From Octopus vulgaris (lineage: Eukaryota): a stretch of DNA of 64,000 bases. Both the position numbers and the translations under genes were made by a program. Shown here one piece after another: positions 14,408-30,179 of this stretch (positions within the stretch are counted from its first letter, which is position 1; each line of letters starts with the position of its first letter). Below the pieces are notes generated by a model. The model made no database searches and had not been told where the DNA came from. It was given only the letters and a program-made list of their open reading frames with translations. The DNA lies in the NCBI GenBank assembly GCA_951406725.2, contig OX597816.1, forward strand, positions 34,100,001-34,164,000, given 5' to 3'.

Positions 14408-14729
14408 CTTTTCGGTGCGTTCAAAATTCACGTACCCACCGCCCTCAATTTTCTACAAGTTAAGGTCTGGTATCCTCTAAACGGAAGCATGTCATGTCGC
14501 TTGGCCGAATTAGCCCATCATTTACTCCACAAATGACCTGTCATCAATGCTGCACTTTCCCGTGTCACCCCTTCATTTTTAACTGCATACTACCTCAATA
14601 CATCTGACTAATATGGGCATAATGAGACACTCTTATTTACAGGCTGTAAGATCCATTTTATGTCCATTTTATATCCACACACACACACATACATAGATAT
14701 ATTTATACACATACGCCCCCCACCCTCGC

Positions 14730-14767
<38 letters not shown>

Positions 14768-14784
14768 GTACATATACGAAAGGA

Positions 14785-14935
14785 TTCTTTGAGTTTATTC
14801 TATCAAATCCACTCAGAAAGAGTTGGTCTGACTGAGGCTATAATAAAAAAAACACATAAATAAGGTGCCACACAGTGCGACTGAACTCGCAGCGATGTGG
14901 TTGGGAAGCAAGCATCTTACGACACTGCCACGCAT
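14785..14935 (-). mobile_element. tRNA-derived SINE (family of 60527-60685)
   Basis: aggtgccacacagtgcgactgaactc..atgtggttgggaagcaagc matches the reverse complement of the 60527 copy. Confidence 0.65.
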
Positions 14936-14946
14936 GCATATATTTA

Positions 14947-16247
14947 TATCGTGTTTCATCCCTTAGATAATGCGTTTTTTTATACTTCATTTTGTTTTTC
15001 GAAATTAAGATAAACAATGTTCTTTTCCGATGTAAAATATAACTTTCTTTAATTTCTGCAGTGGTCTTCCATCGATATGGCCAGGCCCCTCTTTCTAAAT
15101 TCATTACTCGGTATCGAAAAGTACTCCTCCAGTACTATTCTGAACTCGTCTACCAAATTCGTATTTTTTTCCGTCTAAATGAATTTGAAAACTGTGGAAC
15201 AATTGAATATCAGACGTGGCACTGTCCGGCGAATATGTTTGGCGCATCGCTTCCTATTCAAACTGGTCCAGCCTTTGGAATGTTATCCTCGATCTATGTG
15301 AGCGAGCATTATCCTGATGGAAGAACACCTTTTGTGTTGAAACCAAATTTGGTCGTTTTCCTTCTAGCGCTCACTTAAGCCCCAAAACCTCCTTGCAGTA
15401 AATCTTTTTATCGTATGGTTTGAGCTTAAAGTTTCAGAGTGGACTAAACATTTTATCTCCCACCAAACAGATGACAACACCTTGTGTGTGTGAGGAATTT
15501 CTTTACACAGTCTCCGGCGCTTGACATTTTCATAGAGAACCCATTTCTCGTCGCCAGTCACTACTCGGTTCGAAAAGGCTCATTTGTGATACGTGACAAC
15601 AAAGAAGAGAACACATTCACTCTCTGAGCTTTATTATACTCCATAAGTTTGTGGGGCTCATATTGACCCAATTTGCTGACTTTACCGATGTCACACAGGT
15701 GTCGATGAATGGTTGAATGACCATTGAAATCCAAGCTTCTCTGCTCGTTGATCAAGAGTTACATCGGGATTTGTTCCACCAGTGTCCTTGTCGAATTCTA
15801 AAGATCATCCAGGATGAGGCTCGTCTTTTAGGCTGTAGTTTCCAGCTCAGATTTCTTGGAACCATTTCTCACCTTGACTTACGCTTACTGTCCGATCCCC
15901 ATGTACTTAATGCATTACAGGGGATCGGACAATAAGCGTAAGCCAACGTGAGAAATGGTTCCAGAAATGGTTCCTATATTCCCCGCACTTTCCGTTGCGT
16001 TGTTAGTTTTATTGAACTCATACATCAAAATATACCGAATATGCTCCTTTGTCACTTCTAATTTAGCTTTGAAAAAATTACTGTTAATATGGAACTGCAC
16101 TCTTGAAAATTTGCACTAAGTGTAGGTACAAGATAAAATTACCACCTGCTTGTACAGCAAGTTCATGCAGTTAGTTTATCCCGTCCCCCACTGATTTTAG
16201 TTCATGTAAATGACAAAACCGCATTATTTATGGGATGACCCAATATA
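14947..16247 (-). mobile_element. Near full-length (~1.3 kb) degenerate mariner transposon
   Basis: Minus-strand fragments EHIRYILMYEF, HSTIHRHL..IGKVSKLGQYEPHKL (WVPHEL), TGDEKWVLYEN and KVLSSVWW; right TIR clear, left TIR degenerate. Confidence 0.85.
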
Positions 16248-17346
16248 AAGCAAAATATATCTACATATAAAGGGACAGATAGACAGAGAGAGGGAGAGGT
16301 ATTTAGAGAGAGAGACATAGAATTATATTATAAATTCAGGAGTGACCGACTGAATTCGCAAAAAAATATAAGTAGGTGTTTTACATCTCACCATTGTGAT
16401 ATGATTCAGGAACAGTCCTCAATTATTCTTAGAGTTACACGATGAATAACAAGAAGCAATTGATAATGAAAGGACTTTGTTGATATATGTACGTATATGT
16501 GTTTTCGGATGTATATGTGTATTCACGTAGTGCGCTAAATAAGACGAGTGGGATTGTCTTAATTATCTTAGTAATATGACTATTTAATAAATACTTCCTT
16601 TCATTACCAATCCTTCTTGTACTGTGTTCTAGTTTCAAAGATTTCCTTTTTTTATGTTACGTAAATGAATAATATATTGTTTCATAGAATAATGTCTCAT
16701 ACACTACTCAAAGATTTAATACAAAATTCTAAAATAATGAGTTTAACCAAAGTATTTATAATCATATATTTTTTTATATTCTAGTGTTCTGACGTCTAGC
16801 TCGCTGTTGTGAGATTTACAATCAAATAAGGTGTAATAATTTGCGAAAGGGCAGGAGCACTTTTCGGGAAGAGCTACTTTATTTCAGATGTTTGCCGAAT
16901 ATATCAATGGTTTACGACTCTCTTTGGAAGAGATCATTGATTAAATTATTTTCTCCACAATATCAAGTAACGTTTACTATGTAATACAGACCACTACCTA
17001 CTACTTATTTTTGTTTTGTACAGAGCAGAAAAGGAAAGAACAGCTGCATCTCATAGGTATGACAGTCAAATATTTGCTAAATGAGAATCTACTACATTAT
17101 AATTCAAGTCGATGCTGTGTAACTGACTAAGTGATAATTCACGTTTGAAACTATGAGCCTTTCAGGTTCCGAAATTCATATTACTATATCAGTTCCATCG
17201 GATGTGATTTAACTACTTGAATACATTCAATACGTTATATTAAATCTCTAGTTTATAACTTGGTTATATTTTGCACTACGCAAAGATGACACGGACGTTC
17301 ATATTGCAAGTCCTACTCCGTAGTTTCTACTTCGTAGCTTCCTCAT

Positions 17347-17847
<501 letters not shown>

Positions 17848-17997
17848 TTTTTCTTTCTACTGCAGTAAAAAGACCCGGAATTTGTGAGGAGTGTGACGGT
17901 CGATTAGGTCGATCCCAGTATGCTACTGGTATTTAATTTATCGACCATGAAAGGATGAAGGGGAAATTAGGCCTCGGCGGAATTTCAGCTCAGCACC

Positions 17998-18227
17998 TAT
18001 TTCTTTACAACCCACAAGGGGCTAAACACAGAGAGGACAAACAAGGATAGATAAACGGATTAAGTCGATCACATCGTCCCAATGCGTAACTGGTACTTAA
18101 TTCATCGACCCCGAAAGGACGAATGGCAAAATCGACCTCGGCGGAACCTGAATTCAGAACGTAACGACAGACGAAATACCGCTACGCATTTCGCCCGGCG
18201 TGCTAACGTTTCTGCCAGCTCACCGCC

Positions 18228-18229
<2 letters not shown>
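17998..18229 (-). mobile_element. Full-length tRNA-derived SINE, with a partial second copy at ~17850-17995
   Basis: Minus strand starts aaggcggtgagcTGGCAGAAACGttag (A-box-like), followed by a B-box-like ttctgaattcaggttcc and a body shared with 6230-6410 and 53000-54320. Confidence 0.8.
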
Positions 18230-18310
<81 letters not shown>

Positions 18311-18311
<1 letters not shown>

Positions 18312-19880
18312 GATTCACCAAAGAAATAGATATGAAATTTGGATTAGAGAAATGCGCCAAAGTAACCCTTAAAAGAGGAAAACCAATGAAGAGTAGCAAC
18401 ATCTCACTAGATAAAACCAATGAAATAAAAGAATTAGACCAAAGCCAAACTTACAAATACTTAGGAATCCATGAACTAGATAAGACTCAACACACACAAA
18501 TGAAAGAGAAAATAAAAATAGAATATTATAGATGAGTTAGATCAATACTGAAAACAGAGCTCAATGCTAAAAACAAGATAATAGGTACCAACACTTTAAC
18601 CGTCCCAGTTATAAGTTACAGGTACAATATCCTTAACTGGACACTAAATGAACTGACCAAAATAGAGAGGAAAACAAGAAAAATAATGACAGGATCTAGG
18701 ATGCATCACCCAAAATCTGACATAGAAAGGCTACATATACAACGTATAGATGGTGGTAGAGGCCTTATACAGCTGGAAAACTACTATAAAATAACCACCA
18801 TAGGACTGCAAAAATATATGCTTCAGAAGGAAGGAAAACTGATACAAATAGCGGCAAAACACGAGCAAAACAAAAAACTGTTCACAGTATTTAAGGAAGC
18901 TGACAAATACAAACAAGAAATCATACCATATAACAAATATGAAGAAGAAGAAGATGAAGAAACAACAAAAGCTATAAAACAAATGAAATCCAAACTAAAA
19001 ATAGAACAGCAACGAACCATGATAAAACGATGGCAAGAAAATCATGGCAAATATTGGACTAAACTAAATGCAAAAGAAATAGACAAAGAAAAATCCCAAC
19101 AATGGTTGAGAAGCTCAGGACTCAAAGCAGAGACAGAGGGATTTTTAATTGCAGCACAAGACCAAAGCCTCCCCACCAGAAATTACCAAAAACATGTAAT
19201 GAAAAGAAATACAAGTAACTGCAGAATATGTGGATATGGACAAGAAACAATAAATCATATTATCTCTAGCTGCCCAGTCCTGGCTAAGAAGGAATATATT
19301 CACAGACACGACAGATTTGGGACCTATATACACTGGAAACTATGCCAACATTATGGAATAACAACAGAAAAAAGATGGTATAGGCACACACCCGAAAAGG
19401 TCATAGAAAACGAGAAAGCAACCATACTCTGGGATATGCCAATACAAACAGATAGTAAAATTAAGATCAACATACCAGATATAGGTGATCATGAAGAAGA
19501 AAAATGTTTTCTAATTGATGTATCAATACAGGCGGATGACAACGTGTCTCTAAAAGAAATGGAGAAACTTTCAAGATACAAAGACCTGGAAATAGAGGTA
19601 ACCAGAATGTGGAATCTAATAACAGAAACAATTCCTATCATAATAGGTGCATTAGGCATGATAAAAAATATATTCAGACAAATACATAACAAAAACACCA
19701 ACACTTACAAACACATATAACATACAGAAAATTGCACTACTAGGCACTGCACACATCCGACGCAGAACACATTCCATACAGTAACCACCAGAGAATCACA
19801 ACAAATCACAGCACATATCCAAGGCACACAGAGCTGCGCTCGGTAGTGAAGTGAAACCAGATATAAAAAATATACTACTG
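18311..19880 (+). mobile_element. 5'-truncated R4/Dong-clade non-LTR retrotransposon (family B) inserted in (TAA)n
   Basis: RT end MKFGLEKCAK..YKYLG; RIDGGRGL; LKAETEGFLIAAQDQSLPTRNY; CCHC knuckle CRICG..ETINHIISSC; RHD; PD..LIDVSI; EKLSRYKDL restriction-like endonuclease; (TAA)n on both sides. Confidence 0.93.
18686..19720 (+). pseudogene. C-terminal part of R4-type RT/RLE polyprotein (344 aa open, upstream stop at ~18533)
   Basis: Motifs as above. The same frame is open from 18311 apart from one stop; the C-terminus is frameshifted. Confidence 0.88.
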
Positions 19881-19888
19881 AATAATAA

Positions 19889-19938
<50 letters not shown>

Positions 19939-19957
19939 TAATAATAATAATAATAAT

Positions 19958-20009
<52 letters not shown>

Positions 20010-20044
20010 TTAATAATAATAATGATAATAATAATAATAATATT

Positions 20045-20093
<49 letters not shown>

Positions 20094-20370
20094 TTAATAA
20101 TAATAATGATGATGATGATGGTGATGATGATGATGGTGATGATGATGATGATGATGATGATCATGATGATGATGATGATGATCATGATATTATCACGACG
20201 TTTGAGCGGGATATAAAAAAAGGTATGTGCTGTTTATATATGAGATAACCATGTCGCCCACTATGGTTGGTATGCATGTGCCTGGTGTACCCTTATCAGA
20301 CGGGTGGTCATGATGGATATGCTGGGCTTCGTATATTTTACCCCAGTGTCACTTTGATGGCATGCACTGA

Positions 20371-20446
<76 letters not shown>

Positions 20447-20508
20447 TTAAGGTATCTGGGTGAGATTTGGAGCCAACTTGTACAAATATAAAGCAAATGT
20501 CAAACATA

Positions 20509-20540
<32 letters not shown>

Positions 20541-20547
20541 CTACTAC

Positions 20548-20585
<38 letters not shown>

Positions 20586-20647
20586 TTAAGGTATCTGGGT
20601 GAGATTTGGAGCCAACTTGTACAAATATAAAGCAAATGTCAAACATA

Positions 20648-20719
<72 letters not shown>

Positions 20720-20923
20720 TAATAATAATAACATCAACAACAACAACAATAATAATGATAATAATAATAATAAGACGAAGAAGAAGAAGAAGAAAAAGAA
20801 GAAGAAGAAAAGAAGAAGAAGAAGAAGAAGAAGAAGAAAAGAAGAAGAATAAGAAGAAGAAGAAGAGGAAGAAGAAGAAGAAGACGAAGAAGAAAAGAAG
20901 AAGAAGAAGAAGAAGAGGAGGAA

Positions 20924-20970
<47 letters not shown>

Positions 20971-21438
20971 AGAAGATAATAATAATAATAAGACGAAGAA
21001 GAAGAAGAAGAAAAAGAAGAAGAAGAAAAGAAGAAGAAGAAGAAGAAGAAGAAGAAGAAGAAGAAGAAGAAGAAGGAGAAGAAGAAGAAGAAGAAGAAGA
21101 AGAAGAAGAAGAAGAAGAAACGATATGCTGGGCTTCGTATATTTTACCCCAGTGTCACTTTGATGGCATGCACTGCTCTCTCACTCAATAATACGAAGAA
21201 GAAGAAGAAGAAGAAGAAGATAATAATAATAATAAGACGAAGAAGAAGAAGAAGAAAAAGAAGAAGAAGAAAAAGTAGAAGAAGAAGAAGAAGAAGAAGA
21301 AGAAGAAGAAGAAGGAAGGAAGAAGAAGAAGAAGAAGAAGAAGAAGAAGAAGAAGAAGAAGAAACGATATGCTGGGCTTCGTATATTTTACCCCAGTGTC
21401 ACTTTGATGGCATGCACTGCTCTCTCACTCAATAATAC

Positions 21439-21499
<61 letters not shown>

Positions 21500-22242
21500 A
21501 ATAAGGTATCTGGGTGAGATTTGGAGCCAACTTGTACAAATATAAAACAACAACAACAACAATAATAATGATAATAATAATAATATGACGAAGAAGAAGA
21601 AGAAGAAAAAGAAGAAGAAGAAAAGAAGAAGAAGAAGAAGAAGAAGAAGAAGAAGAAGAAGAAGAAGAAGAAGAAGAAGAAGAAGAAGAAGAAGAAACGG
21701 TGTTTCGTTCAACATCCTTAAACAACCCTTATTCAAGGACCTTTCGAGCGGGATGGATTACTCGACCAGAAAAAAATTCTAACAGGGCCCCACCTGCAAG
21801 GTCATGCGCTGTTTATCTTCATATGAGATCACCATATCGCGCACATATGGTTGTGATGCATGTGCCTAGTGTACCCTTATCAGACGTGATGGTTAAACTG
21901 GGCTTTGTATATTTTACCCCAGTGTCACTTTGATGGCATGTGCTGCTCTCTCAATAACAATAATAATGTTTCCAGAGGTGAATTATTCAAACAATCCCCC
22001 TCAACACATGGCTATGATGTTCCCCCACTACTTCTGCTCGTGATCAGAGATACACATATCATCAGCCACAAAAGGGGCATGCTCATTTGGTTAAGTTCAA
22101 ACAGCTCACAAGCAAATCTGTGGTATTGAGCAGAATATTTGCTGTAGCCCTTCTTTTATACCAAGTTTAATATTATTATTATTATCATTATTCTTCTTCT
22201 TCTTATTATTATTATTATTATGATCATTATTATTATATTTAA

Positions 22243-22278
<36 letters not shown>

Positions 22279-22355
22279 CATTATTATGATCGTTATTATT
22301 ATTATTATTATCATTATTATTTTTATGATCATTATTATTATCATTATCATTATTA

Positions 22356-22442
<87 letters not shown>

Positions 22443-22500
22443 CTGCTGCTGTTGCTGTCGTCATCAACATCGTTGTTGCTGTTTCTGCTGTCGTCATCAT
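19881..22500. repeat. Mosaic of (TAA)n, (GAT)n and (GAA)n arrays with LINE 3' tips and 555-bp-element fragments
   Basis: LINE-A tips at ~20449, 20588 and 21503; 555-bp-element tips at ~20250-20370, 21123-21190 and 21366-21431; larger pieces at 21699-21953 (+) and 21966-22165 (-). Confidence 0.9.
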
Positions 22501-22995
22501 CAGTACCATTGCCATCCGGCATTTAGAAAAAAATCGGCTCTAAAATATCAAAAACAGTTCCCACTGACCAACAATGGGGCATTTTATGTCGTGTAAATTT
22601 CATGACTCAATAGGAAGTACCCTCTATACAATTGTTTGCAGAAAACCAAGTCGACATCAACGTAATATGGGGCAACAGACTACAATTCCTTGCTTAACAA
22701 AATTCTTTTGTGAAAACGCTGTTTGATAACTTTGGGAAGATAACCATCATCATGAATAAAGGTTAACTGTATTCGCTAGGAAACAGAACTGGAAGGAATT
22801 CAACTCGACGTTTGTAAGGTGTGTGTCCCCATTTGCCAAACAATGTCTTGTTTTTAAGACATTGTGATAGAATTGGGTGTTTATAAACCGAAGGCACAGT
22901 ACATGCGGGTTCAGAATATAAGTGTAAGGCAAATCTAAATTGACAATGACAAGTTGAATCATGTCTTCTCATCACATTTGTGGCAGCTTATAGGC

Positions 22996-23658
22996 CAGTG
23001 GTTCTTAACAATTTTTTGTAACACTCCTTTTTAAGTAGTTGCTATGCCATTCACTCATCTAATGGAGAGTGTGGTATGACTACTAAATTTAAATAACATT
23101 TATAACAATGTACAAAGTATATAAAAAGTGGACTGTATACACTTTTAACGGTGAATTAATAACATAATAATCGTGACAAATGTAATTTTACTTGATACGC
23201 TGCAAGTAAATGGTTTCCTCGTGGCTGATGAGATCTATGAATGAGATCTCGTAGCTAAGCGTTCAATCTTAGTCAAAAAATTCAGGTCTCCTCTTTGACT
23301 TAGTGCAAATCTATTTTGTTGCTTTGTCAGCAATTGTGGTACCACGTTGTAACTTTTCTCCACTAAAAATGAAGGAGAAACAATCGATTTAAGCAAGTAA
23401 TATAATTTCCTGTCACATTTGGGGACAAATTCATTGTATTTTGGGAGAATGAATATACATCTAGGCTGTTGAAAAGGAATTTGAACTTCGAAAGCACTTT
23501 TCATGTTAATAATTTCTTCATATAAATACTAATGAGCAGAAGAGGCTTCAGACAGAAATCAATTTATGAACAATTAAGGTACTTTAAGATCAGTAAATTC
23601 TTTAATTTATAACTTATCATTAAGTCTTTTCTCACTGTCTGCTGATGAGAACAATAAG

Positions 23659-23751
<93 letters not shown>

Positions 23752-24995
23752 GTATCTAATATTAAATTGATAAATTGCAAAAAAATCTCCGGTTCGTTAA
23801 TCTCCTGCTGCTGAATCTCTCTTCGCTGAAAAATTAATTAAATTCATATTATTTCCATGTATCTTAATGTTAACCCCATTTAATTTAGTTGAAGTATCAA
23901 TAAGACATAGAATGTCCACCCTTTCGTTGCTTAGTTTATTATACATTGCTTCGTTATATGAATTAAGAAATTATTAAACAGTATCATAAGTATCATAAAA
24001 ATACTTTAGATAGTTTCTCTTCAACAGCCATCGCATCCCAGCATGAAGCAACTGGAGCTTAGATTTTCTTTTTCATGGCAAATATTTATGTGCCTTACCG
24101 CTAAGATGTTTTGCTGTCAAGTGTTCTCGGTGAACAATACAATGAACTGAAAGTATATGGAGAACTGTTTCCATTCAATGTACTATAAATCCCTGCTGAT
24201 GGATTATCATAGTTAGTGCTTTATCTCTTGCACATGCAATGCTATTTCTGAGAGGAACGTTCTTAGCATTAAAGCATCTTTAACAACCTTATCGCTTGTA
24301 AAGCTTTTTGCACCAACTACAATTTTTCAGCAAACATCCCTTCCTGAATTTATTGATTTGAATTTATATAATGGACGTAGGTCATTAAGAAATATTCATT
24401 GCAACGTAAAGTTGACTCATCAAGTTCGAAATAGAATTCTTCATCTTTTTAAAGCATCACATAATTTACTTTCCACATCTTGAACCATGTCATCTATTCT
24501 TGCTGCTAGTGTACTGTTACTAATACGACTTGGCATTGCTGTATCCATATTTCAATTATTCATTCGTGTATTGGTGGCACTTCTTTTTTCTGTTTCCACT
24601 CATTCTAAAGTTTTAAAATAAAAACGTATACGGCAATGGTTTATGATTTAATCACTAAACAAAGTAAAATGGAGATCACAAAGTACAAAGAAAACAAGCA
24701 TGACTGTGCGCCTACAAAATACTACTCAAGACAGAGATATAGCGTTAAATTTGAATTATTCTTTTTCAATTCTGTCTTTAGCCACGGTATATACTTATCT
24801 CTCATTTCATTTTAATAACCATGGCCAGTTTTATCTCGAGTAACATAAATACTGCTATAGGTAAAATTTAGTATGATAATTATGTTACCTCACAACCGCC
24901 CTCAACTGCCTCTCACCCCCTCCTAAAGCCTTACGTCACGTTCCACATGTCCAGCATGTCCTTCGTGGCGGTAACGCGTACGTGGAGAAAATGTG
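22996..24995 (-). mobile_element. Degenerate hAT (Buster/Charlie-type) DNA transposon
   Basis: Minus strand ISNSTLAARIDDM, FELDEST, HCIVHREHL, RWL and PSFLVEKSY..LLTKQQNR..RGDL; left TIR cagtggttcttaac; degenerate right end; possible 8-bp TSD ttataggc/gcacaggc. Confidence 0.85.
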
Positions 24996-27345
24996 GCACA
25001 GGCGGTTGCTGACCGTGGAGAGGACACAATGCAAAATGTAGTCAGAAGATCCGTGAATAAATCTGCTGGTTCGGATATATATTGATGAACAACACCACTA
25101 TCCTGGAGTTGAACAACAATGATTCAACAGATATAAGGTCAATCAAATGGGTGAAAGAAAACTGAAGACGTAGTTACAAGGTGTGCATTTGCAATAGTGA
25201 AGGACACCTGAGAGCTTTCATCTCAGAGAACAATAAAATCTAACGATGTAAAACCACAACGGCAGGCAACAACAGGTACAATACAGTCTAGAAGTGACGA
25301 CTTTGAGTCTATTTTGAACTACCCTGTCTAATCCCGTTTGCCATTCTTAATTTTGCAGCTGTACTTAATATCTCCAGCCGATACTTGGCGTTTTATAATA
25401 ACTGATATAACCACATCTACATGTTGCCTCCCTATTTTCATCACTATCGCTATAAATCCTCCTCTTCGCCTCACTATCTTATTAATTTCATAAACAAAAA
25501 CAAAAGTAAATTTTGTATACTTTACGCAAGCTATCTTATTTACGCCATATGTGCGGATCTTCTCATGAGGACAACTTGACTGCTATAAGCAACTAGCAAA
25601 ATATGTACTAGTTGATACTTTCCATTCCCTTGCTTTTATACATTTATACTTGCAATATTGACACAATAGTGGACTTCATTGCATAAAATGCAGGTTTACA
25701 CCAACCACTCGACCTTAACCCAAACAGCTGAAAACTTATATGATAATATTATGTACGTATTACATGTACCATTTCTTATAAACGCATTCTTTATGACTGT
25801 TATTGTTTGCCTTTATTCCTACTGCTGGACTACCTAAACCGAATGGAAAACCTAGTGTATAAAATTCTGAATTCTCTGACGACTAAATGGTAACTATCTA
25901 TACGACGCTTTCATAAGTAGTTTATTACCCATTCGCGGTAATAAAATATGCATGTATTTACATATGCATAAATGTATTTACAGAGACACAAGACGAGAGA
26001 GAGAGAAAGATAGAGAGAGGTGGCAGGGACAGAGAGATATAGAAACAAAGACAGAGTAAATGAAACAGAGAGAAGAAATACTAATATTTAGAGTTGTCTG
26101 TATACAAGACACAAATGCAATAGAAAAATTTCATTATATATATATATTTCCTTTCGTAGTTTTGTCATCTGCATACAATATATTCGTTGGCTTAACCTGT
26201 TCAATTTCAAGAAACAATAAATTTCACGCTTTATATTCGATATTCTCTAAATATTTCAATCAAATGATCTGATATGTATTACAACTGTAGCTTATTTTTT
26301 ACATACAGCTCTAGTGAGTTTACTATCTACAAATAGGTTAATGACAAAAATTTCACATCTTTTGGACTCACTGCATTCTATGTATAAGAGCCTACATTTT
26401 CATCGAAAAGTGTTAGTGGTAATAGTTTAGATTTTCTCTTCTACATTAATCAAATATCTATCAGTGTTTATATGCAGATAAAATGTGTTGCACAGTAAAG
26501 TTTTGAAAGAACAAACTTCGCTTAACTCATGAATATTTTCGAAATTCCACTCTAACTAATATTAGAAACTTTCTCAAGATCTTGGATAAAGAAATTTCTC
26601 TTGAAAATAACATTTAAAAATAAAAATATAAATAAGAATCTGCAATTGAACTGAATTTTCATTTTTTAATTTTTATTACACCAAAAAAAAAGTGGGGGGA
26701 AAAGAAAATTCCGATAAGATGATCTAGATTTTGAAATGTTTGAGAGTAGTTGAATGGATTCTGAAGAGATTGCAAGACACTTCAAATTGATTGGAGTGCT
26801 GTTCACGTTAGTCTGAATAACAATGTGGTCTCTACTCTCTCGTGTCATTCGTAACTTTTAGCAAAATGTAAAACTTGTAGATTGTAGAGATGCATCTATT
26901 AAAGCAATGATTGTGTGTTTAAGAAATTTACTTCTCAACTATGTGGTTTCGCAGCAGACTCTACTGCTCTGCAATTCTAATAGAAATCACATAATATAGC
27001 CGCGGAGGAAAACAAGGCAGGTTAATTAAAATTTGATTAACACAAATTCGTTTTATAACGTAGAAAAGGTATAATCTGTGACACCCGTCTATTGAAATAG
27101 TTGAACATGTAACTTTTCTGTAAGGATAATTTACTCCACAAATTTCTAATAATATTGAGCATCGTAACATATGCCAAGTACAATGTCCATGTCACAAATC
27201 GATAAGCATAATTCTTACGCTGTCATTTATACAGATTGACGTATAAAGGCGCAAGCAAGTAGACAAGAGAACATTTGTCATGAAAGAGGAAGCGCGCGTG
27301 CGTGCATATCAACAAGAAAAAGAAATACGCATTACGTGATGAGGA

Positions 27346-27398
<53 letters not shown>

Positions 27399-27511
27399 TT
27401 GTGTGTGCGCATGCTTTGTGTGTTTGTATGTAGTTATATATATTTACGTTTAAATTTGTAAATATGTATGTATATATATATATATGTATATCTATATACA
27501 TATATATATAT

Positions 27512-27557
<46 letters not shown>

Positions 27558-27558
27558 T

Positions 27559-27700
27559 AACAGCTATTGCTATGAGTAACGCCTCACCAATTGGAACTCT
27601 TAATTCAAACTACTTCAATAAACATATGTATATTTATTGAAGTATTTTGGATTTAGAGTCCAATTTCAGCGTGAGGCATTACTTACAGCAATAGCCCTTA
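27559..27700. mobile_element. ~140-bp fully palindromic MITE
   Basis: gctattgctatgagtaacgcctcac..tacttcaataaa pairs with tttattgaagta..gtgaggcattacttacagcaatagc. Confidence 0.7.
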
Positions 27701-27902
27701 CTATGATAATGTATTTTATATTTATGTGTGTCAGTGTGTGTGTGTCTGTGTATGTGTCGCTTATGAACTTATACAAATACACAAACCACGTTTAACCTAC
27801 AACTATTGTAGGTTAATACGCTACTTGAAACCACGAATAAGGTGAATTTTGCCTTTAAAAGTATATTCATCTTCCTATCTATTTATCTCTTTCTCTATCT
27901 AC

Positions 27903-27973
<71 letters not shown>

Positions 27974-27981
27974 GCTATCTA

Positions 27982-28050
<69 letters not shown>

Positions 28051-28582
28051 GTATATATATGTATACATACATATGTATATATATATATATATGTACATAT
28101 ATATCGGTATGTGAAAGTGTAGACCTGCAATATGCATACACGTACCCATTCACAATCACACACCAACACACGCATACTTTATTCTTTTGTACGTATGCAT
28201 TCTTGTAGCTATATTCAGATATACATGCTTGCGTATGTTTACATTAATATACATGCATGTGTATCCTCGGTATATACATGCTCGCACACATCTGTAAATT
28301 TTCAATAACTGACAAGTATATACACAAATAATAAATATATGTTATATATAGAATTTTTGCTTATATTTCATATAGAAGATTATAACATCCGAAATTCCGA
28401 ACTCAGGAACAAAATAGATTTATTGAATATTAAAAAAGGTAATTTCATCCGCAGGCCATAATGCACAATGATGTTTGGTATAGGGATAATTAAATTTAAG
28501 TCATCGCATTATTTCGTTCAACAAAGTTATTATTTTCATCTATATTTCCTGCAGAATTATTTCGGGATAACTCTTCTGTACG

Positions 28583-28632
<50 letters not shown>

Positions 28633-28648
28633 TTACATACATACATAC

Positions 28649-28694
<46 letters not shown>

Positions 28695-28762
28695 ATGTAT
28701 GGACATATATATATATATATATGTTTATATATGTATATATTCATATATTCATATATTTATAC

Positions 28763-28836
<74 letters not shown>

Positions 28837-29642
28837 GAGTACATATGCACATGGACAAATATATAACTATATTATGAGATCGACAAACTCAAACATGAAG
28901 ATGTTTATATCTTTTCTTTCTAACACGTGATGGAATATTATATTGAGTAACATTTTATGTGTAATAGATTTAACAACTGGATGTCTGTAAGGTGATTGTA
29001 GTTATGTTATCATAAACAATTTCATATCGGCCTACAGACACGTTTTCCTAATGTCACACTTGAATCTCTGAGTGATGCAGTGTACTTAAATATATGTTCG
29101 CTGTGCTGGCAAATTACTGTTCGGTAAGAAATACGGAATGGAAAGTCAGAATTGGTCAATCAATAGAAAATGTTCCTCGTAGTTTTAATTATGTCCATAT
29201 TCGTTATTTCTTCAATCTTGTTCGTGTTGACTTCATATTTCATCGTTAGGATTGATAAACCGAAATACAATTCAAATTGTGGGTGATGTAATCGATTAAG
29301 CTCTTACTTTTAAATATGATATTGTATAATAATAAAAAAAAATCAATATCTAGCTGGGAATGTCAATCATTAATAGAACTATATGTATAATTAACGACTG
29401 AACATTCTCCATTATGGGCGTCAGTGTGAAACTATGCTTCATTAGGATGAAATTACCACATATACACATATTTCAAGCAGCATTCTACTTTTTATATTAT
29501 TATGCGTTTTGTATATTTTTATACTGGAAAATTTACACTTATACACAAAAGAAGATACATATACAAATATACACTGAAGGTACAGAGACACAGCCACATA
29601 AACAAAAATACTCATGTGTATGATATGCTGTTTTACGTCGTT

Positions 29643-30108
29643 ACTTGTTTCTCAGCAAATAAGTAACAGTGGATCTCAAAAGCAGAACCAATGCTACGTT
29701 GGATTTCAAACCACCATCACATAATTCATATGTGATTATTTATGAAATAACGAATGGGAAAATGTCTGCGTATATGGTTTGTGTACTTGAATGTATACAA
29801 TTTATACAATTATGTGTGAAATATAATGTCGGACATGTGGGTATTTATGATAGTCTTATTTGTTTGTATTCTTCCCTCAAGGAAGGAGCAGCTCCTCCAA
29901 AAGGAACAAAGCGCTATCACTAGAATTGGAATAGCAATGATAAGAGCTGAAAATGAGAATTTTGCTTCTTTGTATAGTTCGCTTATGTATTGTAAGAGCA
30001 AAACGCCCCCTTTCCAATGGACGGTGCTGAGTTGTCAAACATTTAAACCAAATTTTCTCAAGGCAACTTGTTCGACCGTCCCATAGGCCTCCTCTTTGAG
30101 AAACACTG
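29643..30108. mobile_element. Possible decayed hAT MITE
   Basis: Right end ttgagaaacactg and a degenerate left end cttgtttctcag. Confidence 0.3.
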
Positions 30109-30179
30109 ATTTAACTTAAATTTGAGATATCAGCAAAAGAAGAAATAAAGATAGATATTTTTCTATTTCCCCAAAAAAA

